From an uncultured Bacilli bacterium (GTDB lineage Bacteria > Bacillota_I > Bacilli_A > RF39 > UBA660): a DNA stretch of 59,089 nt. The translations under genes and the position numbers were made by a program. Numbering within the stretch: position 1 is the first letter of the stretch; each line of letters opens with the position of its first letter. Positions 9,168-19,073 of the stretch are shown here, piece after piece. The DNA lies in assembly GCA_934179675.1 (NCBI GenBank), contig CAKPQS010000003.1, forward strand, positions 1-59,089, read 5' to 3'. Under the pieces are notes generated by a model that saw nothing but the letters and a program-made list of their open reading frames with translations, made no database searches and was not told where the DNA came from.

Positions 9168-9541
9168 TTTTCACCTATTATAAAAGATATTATTTCTTTT
9201 ACCCTTTCCTCATTTTTATTTAAATAATGATATCCTATTATTGCTTCTAAACTTGTTGCATTTTTATATGTAACAATATCTGTACTTTTATTATTATGAC
9301 TCTTATGATTCCTTGCTCTTTTTATTATATCAATTTCTTCGTCAATAAAGAAATTATTATCTAATAGTTGTTTTATAAATTCAGCTTGTGCTTTAGCACT
9401 TACATATTTGATAGATTCTTTATAAAGTTCATTTACTTTAGCAAATGATTTATTTATAAGATATGTTCTTATATATGTTTCATATACAGCATCTCCTATA
9501 TAGGCAAGCACTAAAACATTCCTATTTTTCGTATCTATCAA
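9161..9541 (-). CDS. mrnC: Mini-ribonuclease III
   Basis: 126 aa. LAYIGDAVYETYIR, VSAKAQA and SLEAIIGYHYL match Mini-III (YazC). Confidence 0.8.
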   Translation of the reverse strand: MIDTKNRNVLVLAYIGDAVYETYIRTYLINKSFAKVNELYKESIKYVSAKAQAEFIKQLLDNNFFIDEEIDIIKRARNHKSHNNKSTDIVTYKNATSLEAIIGYHYLNKNEERVKEIISFIIGEKC

Positions 9542-10451
9542 ATGTTACTCCTTTAACATAACCTTGTTTAAAATCATTCATAATTATAGTCATAACTTTA
9601 TCATAATCAGTTTCTGCTCCTCTACCTAAAGCACCTCTCTTTTTTCCAATAATATCAAATGCTTCTATAGGATCATCTATTTTTTCTAAATTATATCTTT
9701 CTTTCAATATTTCTGGGTAATATTTTAATAATGTAGTTAAAATATAAATTGTAACATCATATATTGGTAATATTTCTTCTCTAATTGCTGTAAAGCTTGC
9801 CAAATTATATGCAACATTTCCTTCATCAATTTTTGGCCATAACAAACCTGGACTATCTAATAATTCTATATTAGGATTAACTCTTATCCAATTTAGATTA
9901 GTTGTAACACCAGGTTTATTACCAACACCCACTACTTTAGAGCCAGCAATTCTATTAATTAAAGTAGATTTTCCAACATTTGGTACACCTATTACTAAAC
10001 ATCTTGGTTTCTTAATTCTCATTCCTTTTTCTAATCTTTTGTCATTCTTTTCTTGCATTATTTCATTAATTATATTAAATATTTGTTTAGAATTAAATTC
10101 ATGTTCAATATCCATACAAAGAACTTTATAACCAAAACTTTCATAATATTTAATCCATTTGTTTGTTTCTTTCATATCACATAGATCTTTTTTAGTCATT
10201 ATCATTAATTTTGGTTTATTTTTTATAATATCATCTAAATCTTTAATCCTTGATGAAAAAGGTATCCTAGAATCAACAAGTTCTATTACTATATCTATTA
10301 AGTTTAAATTTTCTTTTATTAATCTTCTGGTTTTGGCCATATGACCAGGGTACCAGTTTATATTTATTTGATTTTGTGTTTCTTTTTTATTTTCACTATT
10401 TTTCATTTCTTGTCTTTTTTTTCTTTTTTGGTACATATCCATTTTAATCAC
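9522..10451 (-). CDS. rbgA: Ribosome biogenesis GTPase A (YlqF/RbgA), circularly permuted GTPase
   Basis: NWYPGHMAKTRR, MTKKDL, GVPNVGKSTLINR and LLDSPG are present. A Lys-rich N-terminal extension of about 30 aa precedes them. Confidence 0.9.
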   Translation of the reverse strand: MIKMDMYQKRKKRQEMKNSENKKETQNQININWYPGHMAKTRRLIKENLNLIDIVIELVDSRIPFSSRIKDLDDIIKNKPKLMIMTKKDLCDMKETNKWIKYYESFGYKVLCMDIEHEFNSKQIFNIINEIMQEKNDKRLEKGMRIKKPRCLVIGVPNVGKSTLINRIAGSKVVGVGNKPGVTTNLNWIRVNPNIELLDSPGLLWPKIDEGNVAYNLASFTAIREEILPIYDVTIYILTTLLKYYPEILKERYNLEKIDDPIEAFDIIGKKRGALGRGAETDYDKVMTIIMNDFKQGYVKGVTFDRYEK

Positions 10452-10472
10452 TTCCTTTTTACAACTTGTAAT

Positions 10473-11126
10473 TTATATTACTGAATTTCTGTTATAACTT
10501 GTTACATCACTACCAATTTTTTTGTATAATTCATTAACGGTAATTCGTTTCTTTTGAATTGCTTTTAATTCGTTATCAGTTACTCCTATAAACTCAACAA
10601 AATTGACTTTGCCATTTTGAGTATTTATTTCGTGAAATTTATCATCAGGCACAGTAATAAATCCAGTTATATTAGATTTTCTATTATAATCGATTCCCTC
10701 AGTTTGACCTGTATATAAATACTCATACGAATTAAATACTTCTCCTTTTGTAAAAGTAATTCTAGCAATAGATTGTAAAATGCCACAAATACATTTTATT
10801 TCATTTTCTTCATTTTCATAATTATCTTTTTTCAATTTAAATGTTAGTTCCATTCCATAACCACTTACATCTTTTATAGCAGACTCTTTTTCGTATAACT
10901 CTGACAATCCATAAGTTATAAAATGCCAATAATCGCCACTATCATAAATACTTATACCTTTGAGTGGATCATTACCTCCAAGTTTCCAACTAATTAATGT
11001 TCCATAATGTTTTGGATTTTCTTGATTAGGATATATCTTATCGCACAAATTAGTTATAGCATCCCAACCATTTACATTAACATCATTGTTTTTATCACTT
11101 TTCTTAAATTTATCAAATAATCCCAC
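10473..11126 (-). CDS. Suppressor-of-fused (SUFU)-like domain protein
   Basis: 217 aa with a GTG start. GWDAI...YP...HYGT...GGNDPLKGISIY...WHFITYGLSELYEKES...SGYGMELTFKL...FVEFIGVTDNEL matches my memory of the bacterial SUFU family (PF05076). Confidence 0.6.
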   Translation of the reverse strand: MGLFDKFKKSDKNNDVNVNGWDAITNLCDKIYPNQENPKHYGTLISWKLGGNDPLKGISIYDSGDYWHFITYGLSELYEKESAIKDVSGYGMELTFKLKKDNYENEENEIKCICGILQSIARITFTKGEVFNSYEYLYTGQTEGIDYNRKSNITGFITVPDDKFHEINTQNGKVNFVEFIGVTDNELKAIQKKRITVNELYKKIGSDVTSYNRNSVI

Positions 11127-11258
11127 AATTACATCTCACTTTCAAATTACTATTTTATTTCATCAAGTTTCCTTTGCTCTTTTATTTCTAATTTTTTCTT
11201 TTCTTTTTCTAAATTAAGCATATTTCTATATTTCTTTCAATAAATATAATTTATATTA

Positions 11259-12557
11259 TTAAATATTTTTAAGCTCTAATATTTTATCTTTTTTAACACT
11301 TAAATTTTTTTTATATTCTTCTATTTTTTTATTCTTTTCCTCTAGATTTTTAAGTGCTAAATCAATTTTATTTAAATATTTATCATAATCATTTAAAGCA
11401 TCCTTATGTTGCTCAAATTTTTTAACAAATTCTTTTTTAATTTCTTTTACATTAGTAATATTATCATTTAAATATTTAATAATTAAATCCATATTTTCTT
11501 CGTTTTCAGATATCATTTTTAAATACTTACTAATAATATTTTTAGTTATTATTTCTTTTTTTATATTTGCATTAAATAATATTCTAGTTGCATCTGTTAA
11601 ATTTTTTAAAATGATAGTCTGAAGTAATAGTGTGAAACTTGGAAAAATAGGCATTAAATTTGTACAAATACTAATATTTAAAATATTATCTAAAAGTGTT
11701 TTACTATTATAAAACAAATTACTATCAAGTCTATTATTTATGTATATAATATCTTCATCAAGTTTGTTCAAAAAATTTTTTTCATTTTCCATATTTTTAT
11801 TAATTTTTTCATAACATGCATCAATCAAAGAAATTTTTTCTTTATCATTCAAATAATCTTTATCTCTTTTTTCATTATATTTTTTTATTTCAAGTATTTT
11901 CTTATCAGTTTTTATGCATTTGTCAGTAGCATCTATTATAACATCTAATTTTTTACATTCTTCATGACAGTGCAAAACTAACTCATCTATTTCATTATCT
12001 GTTTTATAAAATTTATAATCTTCAATACTATTAATAAGTAATATATTATTCAAATTATCATAACCCTTAAAATCATAATAATTACTTATTACTTCATAAT
12101 GATTTTTAATAATACCCAATCGATCTTTTATTTTTTTTATTCTTTCTTCTAATTTTTTAATATATTCATTACTTTTATTAAGTGGCGTTACAGTTTCTAT
12201 TTTATCTAATTCATCGCTTATTTTATTGACTTCATTTTTATCTGCTGCAATTATTTTATTTAATTCTTGTTTTATATTTTTTTCATTTAAATCTTCTATT
12301 TTTAGCTCAAATTTATAATTATTTTTAACATAATATTCAATTTTTTCTAAAACTTCCTGATCAATTTTTGTTTTTAATATAACTTCATCATTTTTAGAAA
12401 TTTCAATTAAATTATCTTTTTTTCTAATTTCTATTTGAGATATTTTTTTACTATCAATATTTTTATTTTTTAATTTGTAATCTTTATTTTTCTTTTCTAC
12501 ATCTAATTTAGGTATTAAATTTTTTTTAGTATTTAAAACCCTTGAATTGTTAGTCAT
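11259..12557 (-). CDS. Lys/Asn/Glu-rich coiled-coil protein with an internal hydrophobic segment, hypothetical
   Basis: 432 aa. Its start overlaps the lepB stop by 8 nt. One hydrophobic stretch (ICTNLMPIFPSFTLLLQTIIL) is present. No family recognised. Confidence 0.5.
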   Translation of the reverse strand: MTNNSRVLNTKKNLIPKLDVEKKNKDYKLKNKNIDSKKISQIEIRKKDNLIEISKNDEVILKTKIDQEVLEKIEYYVKNNYKFELKIEDLNEKNIKQELNKIIAADKNEVNKISDELDKIETVTPLNKSNEYIKKLEERIKKIKDRLGIIKNHYEVISNYYDFKGYDNLNNILLINSIEDYKFYKTDNEIDELVLHCHEECKKLDVIIDATDKCIKTDKKILEIKKYNEKRDKDYLNDKEKISLIDACYEKINKNMENEKNFLNKLDEDIIYINNRLDSNLFYNSKTLLDNILNISICTNLMPIFPSFTLLLQTIILKNLTDATRILFNANIKKEIITKNIISKYLKMISENEENMDLIIKYLNDNITNVKEIKKEFVKKFEQHKDALNDYDKYLNKIDLALKNLEEKNKKIEEYKKNLSVKKDKILELKNI

Positions 12558-13047
12558 TTAAGTCACCAAACTTATTAAAAGGCCATATTCTATATATTGC
12601 TTTTCCTTGAATTTGACTTTTTTTAATAGGACCTAATATTCTACTATCTTTAGAAACTATTCTATTATCACCCAAAACAAAATAAGAATCTTCTGGTATC
12701 ACTTCTAAATCAAACTTACTCAAACTAAAATTTTCCGTATATGATGATGCATATTTATCATCAATAGCTTCACCATTAATATAAATTATACCCTCAATAA
12801 TTTTTATGCTCTCACCTGGCATACCAATTATTCTTTTGATAATTCTTTCTCTGCCCTCTTTAATTACAACAATATCATATCTTTTATAATTTTTATCAAC
12901 TTTTTCAAGTAATAAAATCTCTCCTGCTTTTAATGTTTTATCCATTGAACTACCAACGACTCTAATTGGCGTTATTAAAAAGGTTCTAATTAGCACAACT
13001 ACTAAAATTATTATAATATAAGATATAAAATCATTTTTCTTTTTCAT
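12550..13047 (-). CDS. lepB: Signal peptidase I (S26A)
   Basis: 165 aa with an N-terminal TM helix, GSSMDKTL (Ser nucleophile), KRIIGMPGE (Lys) and GDNRIVSKDSR. Confidence 0.9.
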   Translation of the reverse strand: MKKKNDFISYIIIILVVVLIRTFLITPIRVVGSSMDKTLKAGEILLLEKVDKNYKRYDIVVIKEGRERIIKRIIGMPGESIKIIEGIIYINGEAIDDKYASSYTENFSLSKFDLEVIPEDSYFVLGDNRIVSKDSRILGPIKKSQIQGKAIYRIWPFNKFGDLND

Positions 13048-13062
13048 ATTGATCCTCCTACT

Positions 13063-13095
13063 AAAATAGAGTATGACGTAGCATACTCTATTTTT
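13063..13095. terminator. Hairpin terminator after rplS
   Basis: ATAGAGTATG-acgtag-CATACTCTAT is flanked by A-runs and T-runs on both sides. Confidence 0.6.
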
Positions 13096-13096
13096 A

Positions 13097-13435
13097 CTAA
13101 TTTCTTTCTTTAATTTTTGGTTGTTTAGTCATGTCTCTTAAGTAATTTAATTTTGCACGTCTTACTTTACCTTTACGAACAACTGTAACTTTATCAATTA
13201 TTGGTGAGTTTATTGGGAATGTTCTTTCTACACCAACACCACCAGATGTTTTTCTTACAACGAAGTTACGACCAATTCCACGATTTTTAATAGCAATTAC
13301 AATACCTTCAAAATCTTGTACACGTTCTTTTCCACGTTCAACGATTTTAACACCTACTACTACTGTATCTCCTACACGAAATTCTGGAATATCAGTTCTA
13401 ATTTGACTTTTTGTTATTTTTTCAATCAAATTCAC
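13097..13435 (-). CDS. rplS: 50S ribosomal protein L19
   Basis: 112 aa with a GTG start. [10 protein letters not shown]...[11 protein letters not shown] and GVGVERTFP are present. Confidence 0.95.
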   Translation of the reverse strand: MNLIEKITKSQIRTDIPEFRVGDTVVVGVKIVERGKERVQDFEGIVIAIKNRGIGRNFVVRKTSGGVGVERTFPINSPIIDKVTVVRKGKVRRAKLNYLRDMTKQPKIKERN

Positions 13436-13502
13436 GATTTCACTCTCCTTAATTTATATTTAATCATATATATATAACTATATAAAGCGGATTACCTGTT
13501 TT

Positions 13503-13531
13503 ATTCTATCATAGTACTTAATAAAAATCAA
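13503..13531 (-). promoter_or_regulatory. Sigma-A-type promoter for rplS (TTGATT-17 nt-TAGAAT)
   Basis: On the minus strand, -35 lies at 13526..13531 and -10 at 13503..13508. Confidence 0.5.
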
Positions 13532-13537
13532 GTTATA

Positions 13538-14383
13538 TCAAATTTTTTTTCGTTTTTTTAGTGTTTTTATAGTAGTTTCTACTAAATTATTGTATAACAT
13601 GGCAACAGTCATAGCACCTACTCCCCCAGGAACTGGTGTTATGTAAGATGCTTTTGAAGCAACATTATCAAAATCAACATCACCACATAAACCTGTTTCT
13701 AATCTGTTTATACCCACATCAATAACAACAGCATTTTTTTTAACCATATCTGCAGTTATTAATTTTGGTTTACCAACAGCAACAACTAATATATCGGCAT
13801 CCAAAGTAAAATGTTTCAAATCTCTTGTTTTGGAATGACAACATGTTACAGTAGCATTTTCCATTAAAAACAAATTTATAAGTGGTTTCCCTACTAAATT
13901 ACTTCGACCAACAATAACAACATTTTTTCCTTCGATTTCAATATTATAATATTTTAATAACTTTATAATTCCATTAGGAGTACAAGAAATTAAATTTGGT
14001 TTAAAACATGCAAGTTTACCTGCGTTTATTTCTGTCAATCCATCAACATCTTTAGATGGTTTAATTGTATTTAAAACTGTATATTCATCTATGTGTTTTG
14101 GAAGTGGTAACTGGACAATAATTCCGTTAATATTATCATCTTGATTAAATTTGTTTATTAAAGCAATTAATTCATTTGTACTAATATTTTCATCTAATTT
14201 TTCATGAATACAAATAGCTCCAATAGTATCAGCACATTTAATTTTTTGTTTTATATAAACATTACTTGCTTCATTATTGCCAACTTGAATAACAACTAAT
14301 TTAGGATTTATAGCATATTTATTTATTTGTTCCTTTAATTTTTTTTTAAGTTCATTGCTTACTAATTTTCCATCTATTATCAT
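13538..14383 (-). CDS. folD: Bifunctional methylenetetrahydrofolate dehydrogenase/cyclohydrolase
   Basis: 281 aa. VYIKQKIK, GIIVQLPLP, KDVDG, VVIVGRSNLVGKPL and PVPGGVGAMT are present. Confidence 0.95.
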   Translation of the reverse strand: MIIDGKLVSNELKKKLKEQINKYAINPKLVVIQVGNNEASNVYIKQKIKCADTIGAICIHEKLDENISTNELIALINKFNQDDNINGIIVQLPLPKHIDEYTVLNTIKPSKDVDGLTEINAGKLACFKPNLISCTPNGIIKLLKYYNIEIEGKNVVIVGRSNLVGKPLINLFLMENATVTCCHSKTRDLKHFTLDADILVVAVGKPKLITADMVKKNAVVIDVGINRLETGLCGDVDFDNVASKASYITPVPGGVGAMTVAMLYNNLVETTIKTLKKRKKI

Positions 14384-14391
14384 AATATCAC

Positions 14392-15603
14392 CTAAAATCT
14401 ATCAGTTAATTCAATTACTTCTTTTTTTAATTCTTTTAATTTATTATTATCATTTCTATTTTTTAAAGCTTCAGCAATTATTCTTCCTACTTTTTCAAAT
14501 TCTAATTCATTAAATCCTCTAGTTGTCATTGCAGGACTTCCTAATCTAATTCCACTTGTTTTAAATGGTGATTCTGTATCATTTGGAATTGTATTTTTAT
14601 TACATGTTATATTTATTGAATCTAAAATTTTTTCTGCTTCTTTTCCAGTTATACCTAAACTAGATTTTACATCAACTAGAATTAAATGATTATCAGTACC
14701 ACCACTTACTATTCTAAATCCTTCTTCTTCTAACTTTTTAGCAAGGACTTTAATATTTTTTAATACTCTTTTTTGATATTCTTTAAATTCTGGTTGTAAA
14801 GCTTCATAAAAGCATTCTGCTTTTGCTCCTATTACATGCATTAAAGGTCCACCTTGAATTCCTGGGAATATTATTTTATCTATTTTTTTAGCAATTTCTT
14901 CATTATTTGTTAATATCATTCCTCCACGAGGACCTCTTAAAGTTTTATGTGTTGTTGTAGTAACAACATCGGCATAAGGAAATGGTGATGGATGTAAGCC
15001 TGCAGCTACTAATCCTGCAATATGTGCCATATCTACCATTAAGTATGCCCCACAACTATCAGCTGCTTCTCTGAATTTTTTAAAATCAATTGTTCTGGAA
15101 TATGCACTTGCACCTGCTATTATCATTTTTGGTTTTTCTTTTTTAGCAAGTTCAATTAAAGCATCATAGTCAATTCTTTCTGTTTCTTTATTTAAACCAT
15201 AAGATATGCTTTCATATTCTATTCCACTGAAGTTAATTTTATATCCATGTGTTAAATGGCCACCTTCGCTTAAAGCCATTCCCATTACTTTATCCCCTGG
15301 GTTTAATAAAGCTTTATATACTGCCATATTAGCAGATGATCCACTATGTGGTTGAACATTTGCGTATTTACAGTTAAATAGTTTAGTTGCATATTCGATA
15401 GCTTTTATTTCAAAAATATCAATATATTCACATCCTCCATAGTATCTTTTTCCAGGATAGCCTTCAGCATATTTATTTGTTAATATACTTCCTTGTAATT
15501 TTAATATATCTTTTGATACAAAATTTTCTGATGCAATTAATTCAATGTTATGTTTTTGTCTTTTCTTTTCATCATTTAATGCTTTTAATAATATTTTATC
15601 CAT
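14392..15603 (-). CDS. glyA: Serine hydroxymethyltransferase
   Basis: 403 aa. [21 protein letters not shown] and the PLP-Lys motif [14 protein letters not shown] are present. Confidence 0.97.
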   Translation of the reverse strand: MDKILLKALNDEKKRQKHNIELIASENFVSKDILKLQGSILTNKYAEGYPGKRYYGGCEYIDIFEIKAIEYATKLFNCKYANVQPHSGSSANMAVYKALLNPGDKVMGMALSEGGHLTHGYKINFSGIEYESISYGLNKETERIDYDALIELAKKEKPKMIIAGASAYSRTIDFKKFREAADSCGAYLMVDMAHIAGLVAAGLHPSPFPYADVVTTTTHKTLRGPRGGMILTNNEEIAKKIDKIIFPGIQGGPLMHVIGAKAECFYEALQPEFKEYQKRVLKNIKVLAKKLEEEGFRIVSGGTDNHLILVDVKSSLGITGKEAEKILDSINITCNKNTIPNDTESPFKTSGIRLGSPAMTTRGFNELEFEKVGRIIAEALKNRNDNNKLKELKKEVIELTDRF

Positions 15604-15670
15604 TATCTCACCTCTTAATAATTATACACTATATAAAATAAAAAAAAAAGAATATTTTTAATTAAAATTT

Positions 15671-16123
15671 TCAACTCAAAAATTCTTTTATTCTTTCTAA
15701 TGTTTTATCATCTGGGAACAATGGTTTACATTCTAGTTTATACATTATTTTATATTTCAATAAATAATTTAATATTAATAATATAGATATTGTTATTATT
15801 AAATCAAATGATAATATTAAAAACACATGATCACATATATAATTACATGCTTCTGGTGTTATATAATGTGTACAAATGACTATTATAACAAGAAATGTAA
15901 AGGCACTTAAAAATGTATGGAATATTGTTGCATTAATTTCTATTTTGTTTTTCTTATATGATTTTTTAAATAATTCCCAAATATTTGATTCTACTATTTT
16001 ACTTCTTTTATATAAAACGTTTTCTATTATTATAATTTCAAAAAATATATATATTATTTTTGATGATAGCCATATTAATAGTCCTAGTATTCCTACTAAT
16101 GATTCTGGCATTATATTATTCAT
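15671..16123 (-). CDS. Integral membrane protein, hypothetical (150 aa, about 4 TM helices)
   Basis: Hydrophobicity pattern only. Confidence 0.45.
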   Translation of the reverse strand: MNNIMPESLVGILGLLIWLSSKIIYIFFEIIIIENVLYKRSKIVESNIWELFKKSYKKNKIEINATIFHTFLSAFTFLVIIVICTHYITPEACNYICDHVFLILSFDLIITISILLILNYLLKYKIMYKLECKPLFPDDKTLERIKEFLS

Positions 16124-16145
16124 GATTAGCCTCTTTCTAATTTTT

Positions 16146-16170
16146 GTAGGAGGGCATATTACCCTCCTAC
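16146..16170. other. Perfect 9-bp GC-rich hairpin (GTAGGAGGG / CCCTCCTAC) with no U-tract
   Basis: Read directly from the sequence. It sits about 22 nt upstream of the start of ORF 15671..16123 on the minus strand. One arm is SD-like (AGGAGG) and the other is anti-SD-like. Confidence 0.5.
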
Positions 16171-16364
16171 TGTAATGTATTGATTTTATATTTTCTTCTA
16201 GTTAATGATTGTTATTATTTTGTAATAAAATATGACAAATTTCGACAAAACATAGTTAATATGTAGTCTTATTAGTTAAAAATTTTGTATTTTTTGTGGT
16301 CCCCCAACCACGAATTAAAGATATTTATTGTGCATCTTTAAAACACTGTTTATTTTTTTAGTTA

Positions 16365-17186
16365 TCACGCTCCCCAATTGACTCTTTGCGTTACATCAAC
16401 AACCATCATATCATCATACTTAGTTGCATAACCTGGTATTCTAATTTCATACCAAAAATCTATATCATCTTTACTTAATGGATTTGATAATCTGCTTGTT
16501 GCATGTGCATAATCACCATATGTAGTAATATCTTGTACTACCTTGCTAGTATCAATTCTTAATACCGGGTAATAAAGAAATGAGTTCATAGAAGTTAAAG
16601 TTCCTGTTGGCAGTTTAAATGTAACTATTTCAACCTTATCATAAGAATAATAATTACCCTCAAAAGAAGATGAACATCCACTACTCTTGCACCAGTTTTG
16701 GTTAAATGTTGCCGAAATACCTAATTTTAAATTTTCTTCGTGACTTAATGCAATTATATCCCAGCTTCTGGTTGATGGCATTTTAAGCCAGTCAAGAGTT
16801 ATTTTATATCTATAATATTGTCCATTATTAACCTCAATTATATATACTGTCATTTTCTTATACTCCGTTTGACAATAACCATAGTTAGATGGACTTGCAA
16901 TACCCCCACCAATTGTTTCATCTGGATTTAAACTTAATTGTGGAAATTCTGAAGTATCTAAAGTTACCTTTTTAACTACTTCGCCACTTAAATTTTTATT
17001 CTCGTTATATAAACTTAAGCTCATTCCGTATATTTCTCTTTCTTCAAATCCGAGATTTAATAAATTGTTATATTCATCTGCTGTAATTGTTGCTTTACCA
17101 TTATCTATATAATGGATTTCATCAGCATGAACCATTATAGGAAGAATTATCATTGATAAAGCAATGAGTAAAAATATTTTTTTCAA
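16365..17186 (-). CDS. Secreted protein, hypothetical (273 aa)
   Basis: TTG start at 17186, 7 nt after GGAGG. Signal peptide KKIFLLIALSMIILPIMVHA. No family recognised. Confidence 0.55.
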   Translation of the reverse strand: MKKIFLLIALSMIILPIMVHADEIHYIDNGKATITADEYNNLLNLGFEEREIYGMSLSLYNENKNLSGEVVKKVTLDTSEFPQLSLNPDETIGGGIASPSNYGYCQTEYKKMTVYIIEVNNGQYYRYKITLDWLKMPSTRSWDIIALSHEENLKLGISATFNQNWCKSSGCSSSFEGNYYSYDKVEIVTFKLPTGTLTSMNSFLYYPVLRIDTSKVVQDITTYGDYAHATSRLSNPLSKDDIDFWYEIRIPGYATKYDDMMVVDVTQRVNWGA

Positions 17187-17277
17187 ACTATACCTCCTTT
17201 ACTTTTACTACGCTGTCATTATAACAATTTTTGACAAAAACAGTCCACCACTTTTAAGGCGAACAAGGTAGATTTAA

Positions 17278-17310
17278 AAGCGAAAGGAAGGAGCCAAACG
17301 TTCCTTCCTT
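17278..17310 (-). terminator. Hairpin terminator after the membrane-bound XRE regulator gene
   Basis: AAGGAAGGA (17284..17292) pairs with TCCTTCCTT (17302..17310). The minus strand continues TCGCTTTT. Confidence 0.5.
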
Positions 17311-18074
17311 CATTTTATATAGTATATTCGATTGTTATGATACTCTAGAAAACAATTAATTTTATATTCTTCAATAATATCTTTTTCATTATTAACAAGT
17401 TCCAATTTTAACATGCCATCAAATTCTTCTGTTTTTGGCTTAAATTTCGATACTAAAATATTTATTTCATTTATTTTAGTTACTAATTCATCAAATTTAA
17501 TTTCTTTTCCTTCTTCACTTTCATCTGTATTCACACCAGCAAACGAAAGAATATTTTTCCCATCAACATAAAAATTAAGTTTATAATCAAATATTTCAAA
17601 ATCATCATATTTTGCAGTATCATATACACAAAAATCATCAATAATAAGTGCATATCGTTTACCAACCTGATAAATATTGCCAGTTAATTTATAATCATCA
17701 GATTTACTATCAAACCTATATATTCTAAATCTATCATAATTATTACAAAAATACAGTAATAAAATTATAAAAGATATTAATATAACAATTAGTAAACCAA
17801 ATAACAAGTACCTTATTTTTTTATTTTCATATAATTTAACAATTTTAGGATCTAACTTTTCATCTCTTTTACCATTTAATATTTCATGAATACTAACATT
17901 AAAAACTTTAGCTATGTTATTTAACATAATAACATCTGGAACATTTATACCTCTTTCCCATTTGGATATAGTTTTGTCGCCCGTTCCAATTAATTCACCA
18001 AGTTCTGATTGTGTCATTCCCTTTGCTTTACGCATTTCAGCTATAAATTCTCCACTTTTAGTAAAATCATTCAT
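17310..18074 (-). CDS. Membrane-anchored XRE-family HTH regulator (N-terminal HTH, one TM helix, extracytoplasmic C-terminal domain)
   Basis: 254 aa. RKAKGMTQSELGELIGTGDKTISKWERGINVPD is the HTH, followed by the TM helix YLLFGLLIVILISFIILLLYF. Confidence 0.75.
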   Translation of the reverse strand: MNDFTKSGEFIAEMRKAKGMTQSELGELIGTGDKTISKWERGINVPDVIMLNNIAKVFNVSIHEILNGKRDEKLDPKIVKLYENKKIRYLLFGLLIVILISFIILLLYFCNNYDRFRIYRFDSKSDDYKLTGNIYQVGKRYALIIDDFCVYDTAKYDDFEIFDYKLNFYVDGKNILSFAGVNTDESEEGKEIKFDELVTKINEINILVSKFKPKTEEFDGMLKLELVNNEKDIIEEYKINCFLEYHNNRIYYIK

Positions 18075-18182
18075 AAATTACATCTCCCATAAAATAAATA
18101 CCACGTTTTTAATTATAGCACTTTTATAAATTTATAAGAACTAGTTATAACTAATAGTTAAAGTAGGAATACAAATGTATTC

Positions 18183-19073
18183 CTACTTTGAAAGTAATTT
18201 AAATTCTTTTTTTGAATCTTCATCAGATTTCATATATTTATTTAAACCTGATATAAAACCATTACTAGTTATTAAATATTTTAACAATTTTAATTTACTA
18301 ACTTCAATTTGTTTATTTAAATTAGAACCAACTGACTCCATTTTTATATCACAAGTTTTATTATTATTTTTATTATACTCCCTCAAAACAGCACTATTCA
18401 TTTTTTCTAAATTTGTAGGAATTTTTTCATTTTCATGAACAATTACATCAAATTTAAGTGAATTAATTTTAGCATATAACTCATTTATTGTTGTACCAGC
18501 AGTTGTATAACTTACATTAAAAGGAGCATAAAAATTATCATAAGAATATCTAATAGAATATTCAACATTTGTAGTTTCCTTTAAATAATAATCCAAAACA
18601 AATTTAGGTAATCTACGTATTCTTATAAAAAATGGTGTATATTTTTGACATGATGGACAAGTAATATCAAATTTAAAATAGCCATCGATTTTATTATCGC
18701 TATAAAAAGTACCATTTTTAAATCCTAAATCACTTGTACAAATAAATGTAAGATTCTTCATAACACGATAGTCAACAGCAAATGGTTCAGTACAATTTTT
18801 ACATGCACAAGCATTATAGTACTTTTTACCCTCACCATCATAATCAACTGTTTTCATATAATCAATTTTATCATCTTTGCCAAATCTACCAAAGAGAATT
18901 CTTGGTGGTAAACCATAAGGCATTGGACCCCATCCAGGTCCCCATCCTGGACCCCAACCTGGTCCACGACCATAATATCCACCTGGTCCATAACCATAAT
19001 ATCCTCGAGGTCTTCCTGGTCCATGACAATTACATCCATCATGTCCCCCATGATCTCCTGGCCCATATAACAT
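18183..19073 (-). CDS. Protein with a Gly/Pro/Trp/Tyr/His-rich N-terminal low-complexity region and a Cys-containing C-terminal domain, hypothetical (coat-protein-like composition)
   Basis: The likely start is the ATG at 19073 (GAGGTGA 5 nt upstream), not the track GTG at 19082. The N-terminus reads MLYGPGDHGGHDGCNCHGPGRPRGYYGYGPGGYYGRGPGWGPGWGPGWGPMPYGLPP. CACKNC...CPSCQ follows later. Confidence 0.6.
   Translation of the reverse strand: MLYGPGDHGGHDGCNCHGPGRPRGYYGYGPGGYYGRGPGWGPGWGPGWGPMPYGLPPRILFGRFGKDDKIDYMKTVDYDGEGKKYYNACACKNCTEPFAVDYRVMKNLTFICTSDLGFKNGTFYSDNKIDGYFKFDITCPSCQKYTPFFIRIRRLPKFVLDYYLKETTNVEYSIRYSYDNFYAPFNVSYTTAGTTINELYAKINSLKFDVIVHENEKIPTNLEKMNSAVLREYNKNNNKTCDIKMESVGSNLNKQIEVSKLKLLKYLITSNGFISGLNKYMKSDEDSKKEFKLLSK

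Noticed and set aside
11127-11258. A 23-codon ORF (MLNLEKEKKKLEIKEQRKLDEIK) in the gap between the coiled-coil gene and the SUFU-like gene.
   Set aside because: It is very short and low in complexity, has no RBS, and resembles the Lys/Glu-rich tail of the upstream gene. It is probably non-coding spacer.
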